From IMG/VR virus record IMGVR_UViG_3300025608_000722, positions 1 to 64,000 of that record: a stretch of DNA of 64,000 nt. One strand, written 5' to 3'. The position numbers and the translations under genes were made by a program. The notes under the pieces were generated by a model. The model had not been told where the DNA came from, searched no databases, and saw nothing but the letters and a program-made list of their open reading frames with translations. Of this stretch, positions 56,201-64,000 are shown one piece after another. The stretch's first letter is position 1. Each line of letters opens with the position of its first letter. This DNA comes from a virus (taxonomy: Duplodnaviria > Caudoviricetes).

Positions 56201-59200
56201 TTTACATCGTTTGTATTTACATAACCTGCTGTTTTTGTATAACTGTTATCATCATTAAAATATTTTACTGGAAATGGCTTATGATCATAATTTTTAGATT
56301 TTACATAGATGTTATTTCTATTTAATCTATATACAAGACTTGTATCTTGCGGGTCAATCTCATTAACAAGTTCCACTGTTTGCGGTTCTTGTCTATACTT
56401 AGATTCGTCAAGAATAATGTCAAACTGGTCGTCACCAGATGTTGCTCCGTAACGCCCAAGTCTTACTGCCCATTCTTCAAAAAATTCTAAACTGTCTTTA
56501 TTTGCACTACCTAATTTATCAAATAACTTAGTAAGTACATTTTTAGTTCCTTTATCCTGAATTGCTCCTTGGAAGAATTTAAACTGACTTACATCGTCAT
56601 TAATAATATTTTCTAAATAACGGCGTTTCTGATATCCAATTAAATGCTGTGCTAAACGCTGTTGCTCTGTATCAAAGTTATCTGAATCGAGATCATAGAA
56701 ATCTGTAAACTGTTTTGCTTTATAATCCCAGTTAGGTAGCAAACGCTGTTCTGGTTTTTCATTTAACTTAACAAAACTTCTTTCGTTAAAAATTTCTGTT
56801 CCAACAACATTAACTTTTGCAACATAATAATATTGTTTATGTTTTACTAATGCTCCAATAGAATAGTCTTGCCATGATGTCCAGTCTTCGATTTTAGCAT
56901 CATCAAATATAAAGCCAGGAATATTATAAGAACCATTCCAGTCATCTGAGCGATAACCTTTAACTTTGATTCGTTCTTGTCTGTATCCTTGGGCTCTATT
57001 ATAGATAACATCATTAAAGACTGTTTTGTTGTCAATAATAACTGCATGTTCGTGTTGTACAACAGGAACTTTTAAATGGAATATTCCATCTTCAGTGTTT
57101 TTAACATAAATGCCAAATGTATTAGTATTGTCTCTTTCTGTAGTTGCAAAATCAGCAAGCAATCTTTTACCATCAGCTTTTAACAAACTATAATCATAAA
57201 AATTATTATAAATGTCGTCGACTACAGTGTATGGTTCTTCGAACTTAACTTGTCTTGCACTCGGACTTAATGTAATAACAGTTCCGCTATCCCAATTCTG
57301 AGTAGTCCAGAACATAAATTCTTTTGCAGATAATGTCCAGTTTTCAATTTCTTCTATATTTTGATTGAAAAGATCAAATTTAAATCCTTTACTATCTAAA
57401 AACTTTTCGTAACCAAGAATAATATCAACTACACCTTGAATATCAGTTACTAATGTTCCGTAAGGAACTTCAACAACAGTTCTAGTATCAAAATTCTTAG
57501 AGAAAAATGCTTGTGCGCCGCCTTCTTGCGGAAGTTCAGCTAATTTCTGAAAATTATCTAAATTAAATGAAGCTCCAGAAGTATGACCAACTTTTACTCG
57601 GTAGTATACATTATTGTTTTCTACAATTTGTCCAACTTCATAAAACTTACCACTATCCCAAGTTAGGAAAGATTCGCTTACTCCGCCAACACGCACTAAT
57701 CTGTCGTTGTTTTTTCTTGTAACAGCATATGTTTTAAAGAGCGGTAAATCTCTATCGTATCCTCTAATTACAAAACCTTGAGGTACAATTTCTATAATCA
57801 TTCCACTGTATGAATATACATCAAGTGGTATACTCTTTGTTAGCTGAATTTTATAGTTTTCGTCTGGTACAAAAACATTTCCTTCATTAGTAGGAGTTCT
57901 AGCATCAAGAATTAATCTAAATTTAGACTTCTGTGTAAAGCCTCCAATTTTAGATGCTAACTTGTTTTGTAAGGAAGTTAATTCCTGTTGATATACTCCA
58001 AATTTTAGTGTTTCATTTTGGGCCAAATAGCCTTGGATATGATTTATTATACCTGCTGTAAACACTCTTGAATTATCAGATGCACTGTTTGGAAATTTTA
58101 GTTTATCTAATTTAATTCTTTTACTAGTTTCGGTATAAACTAATTCACCAGCGGCATTACGTTTAATTCTACTTACATCAAATGCAATACCAAAAAACTG
58201 TGCTGGATTATTAATTGCCCATGATGCCATTAGCGCAAAAGGATAATGTGAACTGCGGCGCCATGCTGTTTCAACTGGACCTTCGTCTCCAAATATATAT
58301 CCATCACTATAACTTGAATCAAGTCCAGACAATGCTATTCCAGATAAGTTTGGCGGTAGCAAGTTTCCTTGGTCGTCAGTTGGAATATAATTAGCAATTT
58401 CTAGATTTTTAAATTTATTTCTATAAACAATTTTTGTATTTGGAGCTCTAACAACACCGTTGGCCATATCTTTCCACAATAGTAAATTATTTCTTGTGTA
58501 TGGCGCTGTTCCGTATTCATTATCGAACCAAGAAGGTTTTTCAGTTAGTCCTAAAATTTCCCAAGGATGGCTATGTGGTCTGTCTGTATTGTAGAAATCT
58601 TTATAAATTGCTCTCCAGAAGCCTGGAAGAGATTGATCATCAATGTCAGCCCATTTACTATAGCTAAATGTAAATCCGTTAGTTCTATCAAATCGAGTAT
58701 TTGCAGAATAATCAGGAGTTCCAACTGTTTCTAACCACCTATTAAATTCAGAAATTAATGTTCTAGCAGTACCGTAACGAGTAAATCCTGTTTTGCGAGA
58801 TTTTGTTTCAATAAAATCAGCAATATCAAATACGTCTTCGTTGTATTGCTGTTTTAAGTTAGCATAGATTCTTCTTTCAAAATCTAATAGTAATCTGTCT
58901 CTGTAGTCGCCAAAGCACTTCCACAACGAACCATCGTGACCTTGTAACATTGGCTGTGCGCCTGGCCATGCTTCAAATGTATTAACATCGTTTGTAGCAT
59001 GATTTGCAGAACTTGCAGGCATAAAGAATAATTGATTACATCCTGCAAACAAATGATCGTGAGCAACACCTGCTCCACCATTTGCAGTATCGTATGCAAT
59101 TGCATCTGCTTCTGATGTAAACACTGGATAGAACCAACCAACTTTGCCTTTAAAATTTTGCGTAGTAGTTTCGTCTCGTCCATATACCTTATAGGGCCCA

Positions 59201-62190
59201 GTAACTTCAGTTACAACATTGATATATGTATCGTCTAAAAATATTTCAGGTGTATACTTAGGATATAATCCTAACTTAGTAGGTGTTGGAGGTACCCAAC
59301 AACCATCTGTTGATTCAAATTCATATACGTCTAAAATATCATTATTAGCAACAGTTATATTAAGTGTTAAGAAGCCGTCAGTAGTTACAGTATAATCTCT
59401 ATCTTTAACTAATAAACTTCCATTAAAGTATGGAAGAACTGCATACTGATTTAATTTTGTAAAATCAATGCCGCGCTTCAATGAAAACACAGTCTGTGAC
59501 TGATCTTCAATCACATGTCGAGTTACTGTGTCACTACTAAACGGAACCATATCACTAAAGTAAAACGGATCTTTATTAGTTTTTACTTCAGTGATAGATT
59601 GTAAAATTTTATCAACGTGTATTTTAGTTTCGCCTTCGAATCCTAATTCATTTGCTACACGCAAAAACTCTCTTTTAAATTTGATGTACTCTAGTCCAGA
59701 ATAGCGAATAGCTCTAATTGCATCAAAATCTTTGTTTGTAGTATTATACAATGCAAGGTTAATTGGTCCACTATGTTGTACAAACTTTAGTCCTAATGGA
59801 GTAATATCGCCTAGATCTTTTAAATTACTTGTTCCTGGAAATATTCCATTAAAATCTTTTGCATTGTCAACAATACTGCCTACATGATCTAAGACTTCGC
59901 CTAATGTAAAAGTTTCAACATTTTCGTTTAGTGGATTCTTTTCAAAGTTAGTTGGAAACTCGTAGTATCCTCTAGAATTCTTTGTAGTCTTTGTATAAGT
60001 TTTTATAACCAACTTATCGCCAACGGTAAGATCAGTATTAAAATTAATGTAGCAATACCCGTTAAATCTATCAACTATGTAATCAGTATTTTCTTTTTTG
60101 CGAACATTATTAACGTAGACTCTAATTTCTAAATCAGGAATAGTTGCACTATTATCATAAACATCAATAATAAAGTTATTTGTTCTAGTGTCGACTGTTG
60201 GTTGCTGAACAACCGGTTGTACTGATTTAGTAGCCGCTTTAGTCCATGCTGACACGCTGTTATATGTAGTTCTATTAGAATATTTTCTTAACAGTCCTGT
60301 GTCAGTGCTTACGTTTAATACATCAGTTAAAACATCATACCGGTATGTATCTGATAACAAATTAAAGTCAAATACAATGTCACCACTATTTTCAATTGTT
60401 CTATATGATAGTGGAAAACCTAATTCAGTATCAGCAGTTCCTGTTCCTACTTTATAACTAAAAATTTTGTTACCAACAAAAGAACTTCCATCTAATGTTG
60501 AAAGTGCTATACCTTGGTCGTTATAAAGATCAAATAATGGTTGCTGATTTACAGAAATTTTATCTTGTGCTTGCTTCCATACTAAACCAGTATAGTAAAA
60601 AACTTTACCTTTAAACTTCACACCTGCTTTAACTAATACTGTTTCATTTTCCAACGGAGTAGTATCAGTAGTTTCAACTAGTGTAATTTGTCTACTACCG
60701 TTATGAGAGATAAATTTAACTTCATAAATTTTACCATTAACTAACGAATCAGGATCTGCTGTAAACAACACCCTCATACCGTTTACAAGTTCAATGCCGT
60801 CAACAAAATAACCTACTTGACCTTCAATATCTGAAAATACATCCTTTGTTACAGTATCAACTAAGTCAACAGAACCTTTTGCTTCGGTTCCATAATTGAA
60901 CAGTTTTAAACCCGCTTCAAATTCAATGATAGGTCTTGTAGCTCTATAATTTTGATCAAGTTCAACTGGAACATTATTAATTAATGCAGTAGTTTCAATA
61001 ACACTTTTATGCGTCCACTTATTGTAACGAGACCATTGGTTTCTATCTTTGGCTGCTCTGTTGATAACAATATAATCTTTAAGAGTAGCATATGATGTTG
61101 CTTCGTCAAACGGTAAATCAGCAAAGCCTTGCATATCGTATTCTACACCTTGGTCTAACAAGTAATCTGCTGTAATAACCAAATCAGATTCTGAAATTAG
61201 TTTAATACTACTACCAACACCTTCAACATACCATGTTCCGGTTGCATAAATTTCAGGAGTTACTTTTCCGTAAAAGTTAACTCGCATACCATTGGATAAT
61301 TCATATCCGTTTTGCATAGTATACGTTTTTTTACCTAAAATTTCTGTGCCAACATTAATTTCTGTAGCATCTATAATATCCTTAATGATAATTAATCCTG
61401 ATGCTTCGATGTCATTGTCATTTGTATAATACAAATAATCAGGTGATTCTAAATCTACAACAAATGTAAATTGACCTTGTTCTACACTCTGTTGACTTAC
61501 TCCAACGTTATATAAATTAGTATTGTCTTTAACAGATCTACTTGTTCTAATTGACAACGGCATGTCAAGTGTATTAATATCAAATGTATAAGTTTGACCT
61601 CTATACAATGTTAGTGTAGGATTACTAGTCGGTACATCCGGATTAAACGTATATGCAAAGTTATCAGTATTATCTTGTTTACCTACTGAGAACGTACTAA
61701 CAATATCAGTTGAACTTCCGTACACTGGAATGGAATCAGGTCCTGATGGTAGCCAGTAGTATTCTCTAAAGTTTACAAACTTGTCCCAATCAATATGTGG
61801 ATTCCAAGCATAATATTCTTGACTGTTTAGTAAACTATGATTACTTGCTTCGCCATTTCTAATTTTACTAGCATTTACATAGTCTCTGTAATCTCTATAA
61901 AACGTAGTATTTCCGATTGCATCTTCAACAAGTGCAACTGGCTCTAGCTGATAGTTACGTCTGTCTCCAGCTAATTCTGCAAGATAGTTGTCTCCTGCTT
62001 TATAGGCTTTTGCATTTTTTCTTCCAATAAAGCCGTCAGTTTTTTGTACAACACCAGGTTGCATTAACTGATCTAATGTACTACTTAAAAACTTTTTATT
62101 TGCTGTTGTTCTAAAATAGCGAGGCAACATATCAGCAGTATGTCTTTTAGAGTTCTCATCGATTGGAATACCATTTTCATCTTGCGCCAT
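47227..62190 (-). CDS. Giant (4987 aa) virion protein, baseplate wedge/hub-like, with FG-GAP-like propeller blades, CBM5/12-like modules and Ig-like repeats
   Basis: Uninterrupted 15-kb ORF; 'FG.S(V/I)S(V/I)S.DG..IAVGAP' repeats; 'GGGGTGATAQA...NPGSGY'; TAATG coupling. Confidence 0.8.
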   Translation of the reverse strand: MAQDENGIPIDENSKRHTADMLPRYFRTTANKKFLSSTLDQLMQPGVVQKTDGFIGRKNAKAYKAGDNYLAELAGDRRNYQLEPVALVEDAIGNTTFYRDYRDYVNASKIRNGEASNHSLLNSQEYYAWNPHIDWDKFVNFREYYWLPSGPDSIPVYGSSTDIVSTFSVGKQDNTDNFAYTFNPDVPTSNPTLTLYRGQTYTFDINTLDMPLSIRTSRSVKDNTNLYNVGVSQQSVEQGQFTFVVDLESPDYLYYTNDNDIEASGLIIIKDIIDATEINVGTEILGKKTYTMQNGYELSNGMRVNFYGKVTPEIYATGTWYVEGVGSSIKLISESDLVITADYLLDQGVEYDMQGFADLPFDEATSYATLKDYIVINRAAKDRNQWSRYNKWTHKSVIETTALINNVPVELDQNYRATRPIIEFEAGLKLFNYGTEAKGSVDLVDTVTKDVFSDIEGQVGYFVDGIELVNGMRVLFTADPDSLVNGKIYEVKFISHNGSRQITLVETTDTTPLENETVLVKAGVKFKGKVFYYTGLVWKQAQDKISVNQQPLFDLYNDQGIALSTLDGSSFVGNKIFSYKVGTGTADTELGFPLSYRTIENSGDIVFDFNLLSDTYRYDVLTDVLNVSTDTGLLRKYSNRTTYNSVSAWTKAATKSVQPVVQQPTVDTRTNNFIIDVYDNSATIPDLEIRVYVNNVRKKENTDYIVDRFNGYCYINFNTDLTVGDKLVIKTYTKTTKNSRGYYEFPTNFEKNPLNENVETFTLGEVLDHVGSIVDNAKDFNGIFPGTSNLKDLGDITPLGLKFVQHSGPINLALYNTTNKDFDAIRAIRYSGLEYIKFKREFLRVANELGFEGETKIHVDKILQSITEVKTNKDPFYFSDMVPFSSDTVTRHVIEDQSQTVFSLKRGIDFTKLNQYAVLPYFNGSLLVKDRDYTVTTDGFLTLNITVANNDILDVYEFESTDGCWVPPTPTKLGLYPKYTPEIFLDDTYINVVTEVTGPYKVYGRDETTTQNFKGKVGWFYPVFTSEADAIAYDTANGGAGVAHDHLFAGCNQLFFMPASSANHATNDVNTFEAWPGAQPMLQGHDGSLWKCFGDYRDRLLLDFERRIYANLKQQYNEDVFDIADFIETKSRKTGFTRYGTARTLISEFNRWLETVGTPDYSANTRFDRTNGFTFSYSKWADIDDQSLPGFWRAIYKDFYNTDRPHSHPWEILGLTEKPSWFDNEYGTAPYTRNNLLLWKDMANGVVRAPNTKIVYRNKFKNLEIANYIPTDDQGNLLPPNLSGIALSGLDSSYSDGYIFGDEGPVETAWRRSSHYPFALMASWAINNPAQFFGIAFDVSRIKRNAAGELVYTETSKRIKLDKLKFPNSASDNSRVFTAGIINHIQGYLAQNETLKFGVYQQELTSLQNKLASKIGGFTQKSKFRLILDARTPTNEGNVFVPDENYKIQLTKSIPLDVYSYSGMIIEIVPQGFVIRGYDRDLPLFKTYAVTRKNNDRLVRVGGVSESFLTWDSGKFYEVGQIVENNNVYYRVKVGHTSGASFNLDNFQKLAELPQEGGAQAFFSKNFDTRTVVEVPYGTLVTDIQGVVDIILGYEKFLDSKGFKFDLFNQNIEEIENWTLSAKEFMFWTTQNWDSGTVITLSPSARQVKFEEPYTVVDDIYNNFYDYSLLKADGKRLLADFATTERDNTNTFGIYVKNTEDGIFHLKVPVVQHEHAVIIDNKTVFNDVIYNRAQGYRQERIKVKGYRSDDWNGSYNIPGFIFDDAKIEDWTSWQDYSIGALVKHKQYYYVAKVNVVGTEIFNERSFVKLNEKPEQRLLPNWDYKAKQFTDFYDLDSDNFDTEQQRLAQHLIGYQKRRYLENIINDDVSQFKFFQGAIQDKGTKNVLTKLFDKLGSANKDSLEFFEEWAVRLGRYGATSGDDQFDIILDESKYRQEPQTVELVNEIDPQDTSLVYRLNRNNIYVKSKNYDHKPFPVKYFNDDNSYTKTAGYVNTNDVKLSLLNYDDLLTQPLSAIDTGEFVWTANDKSQQTWGVYKHDTTNFVIKSVTATSSGQFTITLNRKTKFAVGDIIGIVDTDATTDGFYKIAEINLNKIVLSTEGESTELDDIKGYVTFFKPVRLSRLSDANAIIDAPATFSLTGETSITDTIWVDDDDTGQWIVLKNKQVYELKPDIKNVTAGLLDSTDKDFGSDISVSTNNNTIAISAPKDLNGSVYVFARPSDNTDFGLRQQIDEFTGLFDSGGGFGSSVSISPDGQYIAVGSPNASNVKSKFRGDYKNTVAYNINDIVLYRSQLWKSRKVQDADTIQQFLSHASNQQSKIDEYDSNDQSYPDVEYMVRGNYTIEDAPADHILIRAQTEQFEGTKPGDVLELKWNRYTTATAAGIAPFNGDAVLNEAFINGSHEIVHKVEAVVHIQSALSIPSAGSDITTDTAKATIVYRYVNDENQMTIYLNNLNGSFLDTGSIYQNGVLVGDYERQLKITDNYHSGWWHINVGSEFSTTELVETNANLVVTDIKLENELRANSIFTNILDVKQLANITTPTFPSEIGVLSHQQGQTGTNLIDSRWWFRTSASHYTNTSVNDEVRFWLNQIRVNGAVQDPEPVLGLSFNYLNNSTHTVVDKWNGWLEVRLTNFDLSGNPFIPVVGTELIDSATGETAEVAWIERAFGVAKIYLKNKSGQWAFGSDYGQNSSAQFIENDSTLRTIGPINACHLENSINGGLIVIDTGANIPVPANQTYLRDLEYWQYSSNTIDGILETAESPSSLNLDWTRVYNIPVTTSGYSSGNDSEGTFAIYKKTGSIYELVSYYTVPNSDHFRRLGATCKIVQKSPTSYRLFVLAKGDNTETNQGRIYFFDKNDNEDWNLGIEPLYRGMHSVNATYFDGEYVRFGDSIYEAKTNITPGAFSLSQWTEINSGVDLLGYVPNDTNYSITESTLEQQFLEEIGEEFDTSSVGEVLVLTARYTNPDDSSIPNRKVVVYKLVNDQYVYSQLLEPFNLTENFGNSIAVSNDGKKIAVGAPLNSDISLNGGAVYIYILKDGTYTFSQTLRPKDLTANTQFGFKLDFDGNTLAITSKGGDIVKYTTFDIQVTTFDGDATKFNTVDNDSGLVSIYETINDTLLYGQDFSYDRDTENFGNIVKVSNNHIYLGLPDQTVTTNNTVDKGVVAEFRKPANSTSWTIVSSPVLPADLSKFKGVYLYNKIDNSLVAYLDYIDPIQGKIAGVAEQEISFKTSYDPARYSISTNTDVTAQALDYTSTKWVGKLWWDIDSARFINHHQGDITEATANFNKLYTGTTVDVYEWVETTLRPSEWDRQAETEAGLAKGISGTSKYGDAVYSVRRKYNSSSQTFTTYYYYWVKDKATIPAIETRKLSARSVSRIIANPENSNIKFVAILGNNRFAIYNCESLIEDKDVAISFNWWTIDNQEQNTHIQYQLISDGLETSRPNSVIEQKWIDSLVGFDINDRPVPDINLPVKQKYGSLNEPRQSWFINKTEARKQFVERANKVLAENLIVDEFDLSKLTDSDPLPTIATGIYDTTSDSYAELRFVSIAKVRPASLQLEIENGTIINVLINDAGQGYINPPTYNITDTLGTEGELEFTLNANGGISDVRIINAGKNYTNNVKISVRNFAVLVKSDETINGKWSVYQYISGDWQRVLTQSYDVNLYWTYKDWYASGYNQFTLINYTLDGSYQIYGLEDNIGDVIKISNVGSGGWLLLEKVDNQDSVDYSVNYKTIGRERGTIELLDSLYDVTSDNVAYDGASFDKIFYDTEPVAEFRKIITILRDSIFIDQLQIHWNEMFFAGLRYVFSEQPNVDWAFKTSFVKAKHNVGELEQKVTFQNDNLSSYESYVEEMKPYKTKIREYISSYEKIDPANNVVTDFDLAPVYNEAEGRIIPQSVQVVNNEIIAGVSNTAVYPSKHWLDNVGFEVTQINIAESGSGYTGAPKLLITGGGGTGATAQAFVGDGKITSVLVTNPGSGYLSQPTIEVIGSLEDDGTAARLSPVLGNGKARSAHIRCKFDRVTKTYLFQTLNETETFATTLDQLTIDLKWPMELKTTQITVTIDGLESLRSEYSFSNVKDTTKGYTRYFGRITFTNALAANREVVVKYNKAPDLLQAQDRINLYYNPNTGMYGNDLGQLLQGVDYGGVEVTSFDFGGGSGWDSDGWFTSTYDTFDTTFEDEIFQFGDDSTRILTFASPLETGIVYNVYKNGVRIDDPNYPSNPTNPNALIASITGAGQTGIAITDDGDVVEDTIIVFDEDIIPLSSGDILVFRKTTSDGSFLPDPRSYDTILSGGDLQFNTARGFNPEEIIVDGDSFVTPTTSKGTEEQVPGQILDAVDIRVFHRPEAGGSVLSSNSYRADGINSMFDFGIQPQNSQGLIVKLDSVIQSSTNYTVNYKNKTVTFSSVPTIGTLVNIVSISGNGQDLLEEGQYVADGSTTAFTTKAKYTKDLDFYVTVDGKEVEAVLIDDNEKAQILFGSAPKDQSLVSYFVYSTTDSFSKIAVEEFTGDGSTKLFDLTKTPYSAIPNSHNVIVKQGNRLLNPGFNQQFNVRTAQREYFLEIWQTPVGSFDASDVLFVLNGRELTIAVEYNIRPSNSSVILEPGIGNDGDILEAYIVTDGDYAFGSIQQINNQNTWVDSGNTLQLKVAPEIGEKLTVYTFNKHDSMGFERINYDIVARETLVVGTEDYIQFNHVKNGLIKLRYPAVEVQYVWLTVNGVLQTPSVDYTLTTDKQYIRYKQSFVDNDVVEVIQFSATGQITPKFGFSQFKDILNRNIYKRLGDVQSYKLAEPLLTFDKQIVLDNADGLSAPDKNSKIPGIIFVNGERIEYLIKDGNTLKQIQRGTLGTGVPTEHLIGSDVYNASQLQTAPYADKTIIDEIVADGTTNTFELGFTPTNVNEFEVFVGGRRLRKNSIQSFDHTRDQDSPEADVTLTAEYSVDGTTPFVSMLNTPAEGIKIQIVRRQGTLWTETPGITLFDSETLVARFFKAEKVELPK

Positions 62191-64000
62191 TAGTAACTAC
62201 TGCCTCCACTACTATTACTACTATTACTACTATTACTGCTCGAACTGCTCGAGTTATTTGCTGTTGTGCTTGTTAACGGTTGACTTTGTATTCCAACATT
62301 GTTTGTACCGGTACTAGAAACAACTGCGCCACTTGCTTGAATTTTAGATGCTGTAACTGAATCGATTATTTCTACATCAGCTACGGTTGCATCGCTTACA
62401 AATAGTTCATCATTTTCACACTTAATTTCGTATAAACTACCAAATGCTTGTGTTCCTTGTTTAGGAACAATTAGCATGTTCGAAATATCTGGTGCGTTTT
62501 GATTCATTACATATGTTACTAATTCGGAAAAATGGAATGTCTCTCCAAAATCCCAATTAGACAATGCAAAAAATTTATTAATTGATGAAATAATTCTCGA
62601 TTTTAAATCATTATCATTTACTACTTCACCTGTATTTTTTACAATTTTAAATGTTGCTTGCAAAGATGGTTGAGCATGAACACCAAACAACGGCTTATAC
62701 CTAACTGGATGATAAATTACTTCGTCACTGATTGATTTATATTGATTAATCAATACTCCATAATTTTGATATAATTCGTCCGAGCTTGGTGGTAACGGCT
62801 GTGTTTCAATTGTTCCTGCAAGATATTGTCTATAAAGATTATCGTATGATCTTGTTAACATATGTACATCAATAATATTTGAAACACTAGGGTCAATTCT
62901 ATTACCTTCATCTGCACTGTGTACATACTGGAATCTCAAATTATCTCTACCTACATACGCTTGATAGTCTGAAGTTAGTGTTAATAAATTGTTTGTTAAA
63001 ACTTTAAAGTTTTTATTGTTTACAATATAAAAAACTTGTCCTTCGGGATAATCTACATAAGATCCTATTTCAGTTTCAGTGTTAACTACAATAATACTGC
63101 TACCTTCTGCATAGTAATTGTATTTGTAAAATCCTTGATCTGTTTCAACACGCTTTAAGAAAATATATTTTGTAAGAGGTAATGTTAAAGGTGCAACAAT
63201 ATTATCAAAAATATCCGGATCATCTACACTTCCGTCATCATTAACATCAAAGAAACTTACTTCAACTTTTTTGCTGTTAACATATCCGTCTTGGTTTCTA
63301 TACTCGTTTACAATTTCCCAAGGAATGTCATTATTAAATGCTATTAGCTGATCAGGTTTTGTATTATAATTAAGAATTGAAACTTTGTCTTTAACTAATT
63401 GACCTGTTGCAGAATCATAAATCTTATTTTGTCCGTCAAAGTAAAAAGATAATTCTTTATCACTTTCAAAAATGTATTTTAATCCTCTATTAGTAACTGT
63501 ATACTTTTCTCCATTTGTTTGGAAAAGGATGATCCAACTAGCATCAAGTTGGTTGTTGGTAACATCACCTGTCTTACCATTACTAAACGCAGATGCAACA
63601 TTTAAGTTTTCATTAATAATAACACGCCAAATTCTATTAACTTGATCGTATCTTAAACCAAATGTTTTATAAGAAAACACTTGATCAATAATTTGCGATC
63701 TAACATCGCTTGTAATATCTTTTACTAGTTTTGGTTTTACTTCTTCAAGAATACTGTTAGCCGGAAGTGTTTCGTTGAATACAATTGGACCAACTCCGGT
63801 AACACTATCAACAGTTGTGCCTGCGCCATTAACGCTGATAACTTTAACCCATTTATATGTGCTTGCACCTTTTGCACTAGCATCGCTAGTTAATCCTGTA
63901 CCTAAAAAGTAAAAACCCGCTGGTGGTTTAAATTTAAGCAATGCACCTGCTTCTAAGAACTTTAATGAACCGCCAGTAAATGTACCTGTTTGATATGGAA
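62190..64000 (-). CDS. Baseplate wedge-like structural protein, 5' end outside the window
   Basis: Frame stays open to the window edge; 'RIDPSVSNIID', 'F...NWDFGETFHFSEL'; Ser-rich tail. Confidence 0.7.
   Translation of the reverse strand, partial: PYQTGTFTGGSLKFLEAGALLKFKPPAGFYFLGTGLTSDASAKGASTYKWVKVISVNGAGTTVDSVTGVGPIVFNETLPANSILEEVKPKLVKDITSDVRSQIIDQVFSYKTFGLRYDQVNRIWRVIINENLNVASAFSNGKTGDVTNNQLDASWIILFQTNGEKYTVTNRGLKYIFESDKELSFYFDGQNKIYDSATGQLVKDKVSILNYNTKPDQLIAFNNDIPWEIVNEYRNQDGYVNSKKVEVSFFDVNDDGSVDDPDIFDNIVAPLTLPLTKYIFLKRVETDQGFYKYNYYAEGSSIIVVNTETEIGSYVDYPEGQVFYIVNNKNFKVLTNNLLTLTSDYQAYVGRDNLRFQYVHSADEGNRIDPSVSNIIDVHMLTRSYDNLYRQYLAGTIETQPLPPSSDELYQNYGVLINQYKSISDEVIYHPVRYKPLFGVHAQPSLQATFKIVKNTGEVVNDNDLKSRIISSINKFFALSNWDFGETFHFSELVTYVMNQNAPDISNMLIVPKQGTQAFGSLYEIKCENDELFVSDATVADVEIIDSVTASKIQASGAVVSSTGTNNVGIQSQPLTSTTANNSSSSSSNSSNSSNSSGGSSY
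62208..62237 (-). repeat. 9-bp tandem repeat (ACTATTACT x3 on +) encoding an SSN-rich C-terminal tail
   Basis: Read directly from the sequence. Confidence 0.85.

Noticed and set aside
47227-62190. Intein or intron in the giant gene
   Set aside because: No LAGLIDADG/HNH or intein terminal motifs noticed and the ORF is uninterrupted; not excluded without an HMM search
1-64000. Stop-codon reassignment or selenocysteine read-through
   Set aside because: Genes are full length under code 11, and TAA, TAG and TGA all end genes at coupled junctions
1-64000. tRNA, rRNA, integrase or transposase
   Set aside because: Intergenic gaps are mostly under 120 bp with no cloverleaf or recombinase motifs seen

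Overview
A 64 kb slice of a large, AT-rich, densely packed tailed-phage genome (myovirus-like, with T4-style late promoter motifs). No tRNA, rRNA, CRISPR array, integrase or transposase was seen. (1) 1-13.76 kb, + strand: nucleotide and DNA-metabolism genes under consensus sigma70 promoters. These are a cupin, PRTase, 2OG oxygenase, HIT, SGNH, folE, queE, MBD4-like glycosylase, RNase H and a MoxR AAA + VWA/peptidase pair, followed by a tail-fibre-like gene. (2) 13.75-39.9 kb: a ~26 kb tailoring-enzyme island. It holds a TctA/TctC transporter, two shortened adenylation enzymes, a PLP class IV aminotransferase, a GNAT, a 2OG oxygenase, two methyltransferases, a QueC-like ATPase, 11 radical SAM paralogs in three subfamilies and four glycosyltransferase-like genes. 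(3) 39.8-64 kb, - strand: virion structural genes (three paralogous fibre proteins, a 4987-aa baseplate-type protein and a partial baseplate wedge) that run on the same strand directly into the island. The main candidates for undescribed biology are the radical SAM/glycosyltransferase hypermodification island, a probable overprinted +1-frame gene inside queE, a possible PRTase-based 7-deazapurine route, and repeated late-promoter/start-codon hairpins. All functional calls are motif-based by eye; no searches were run.
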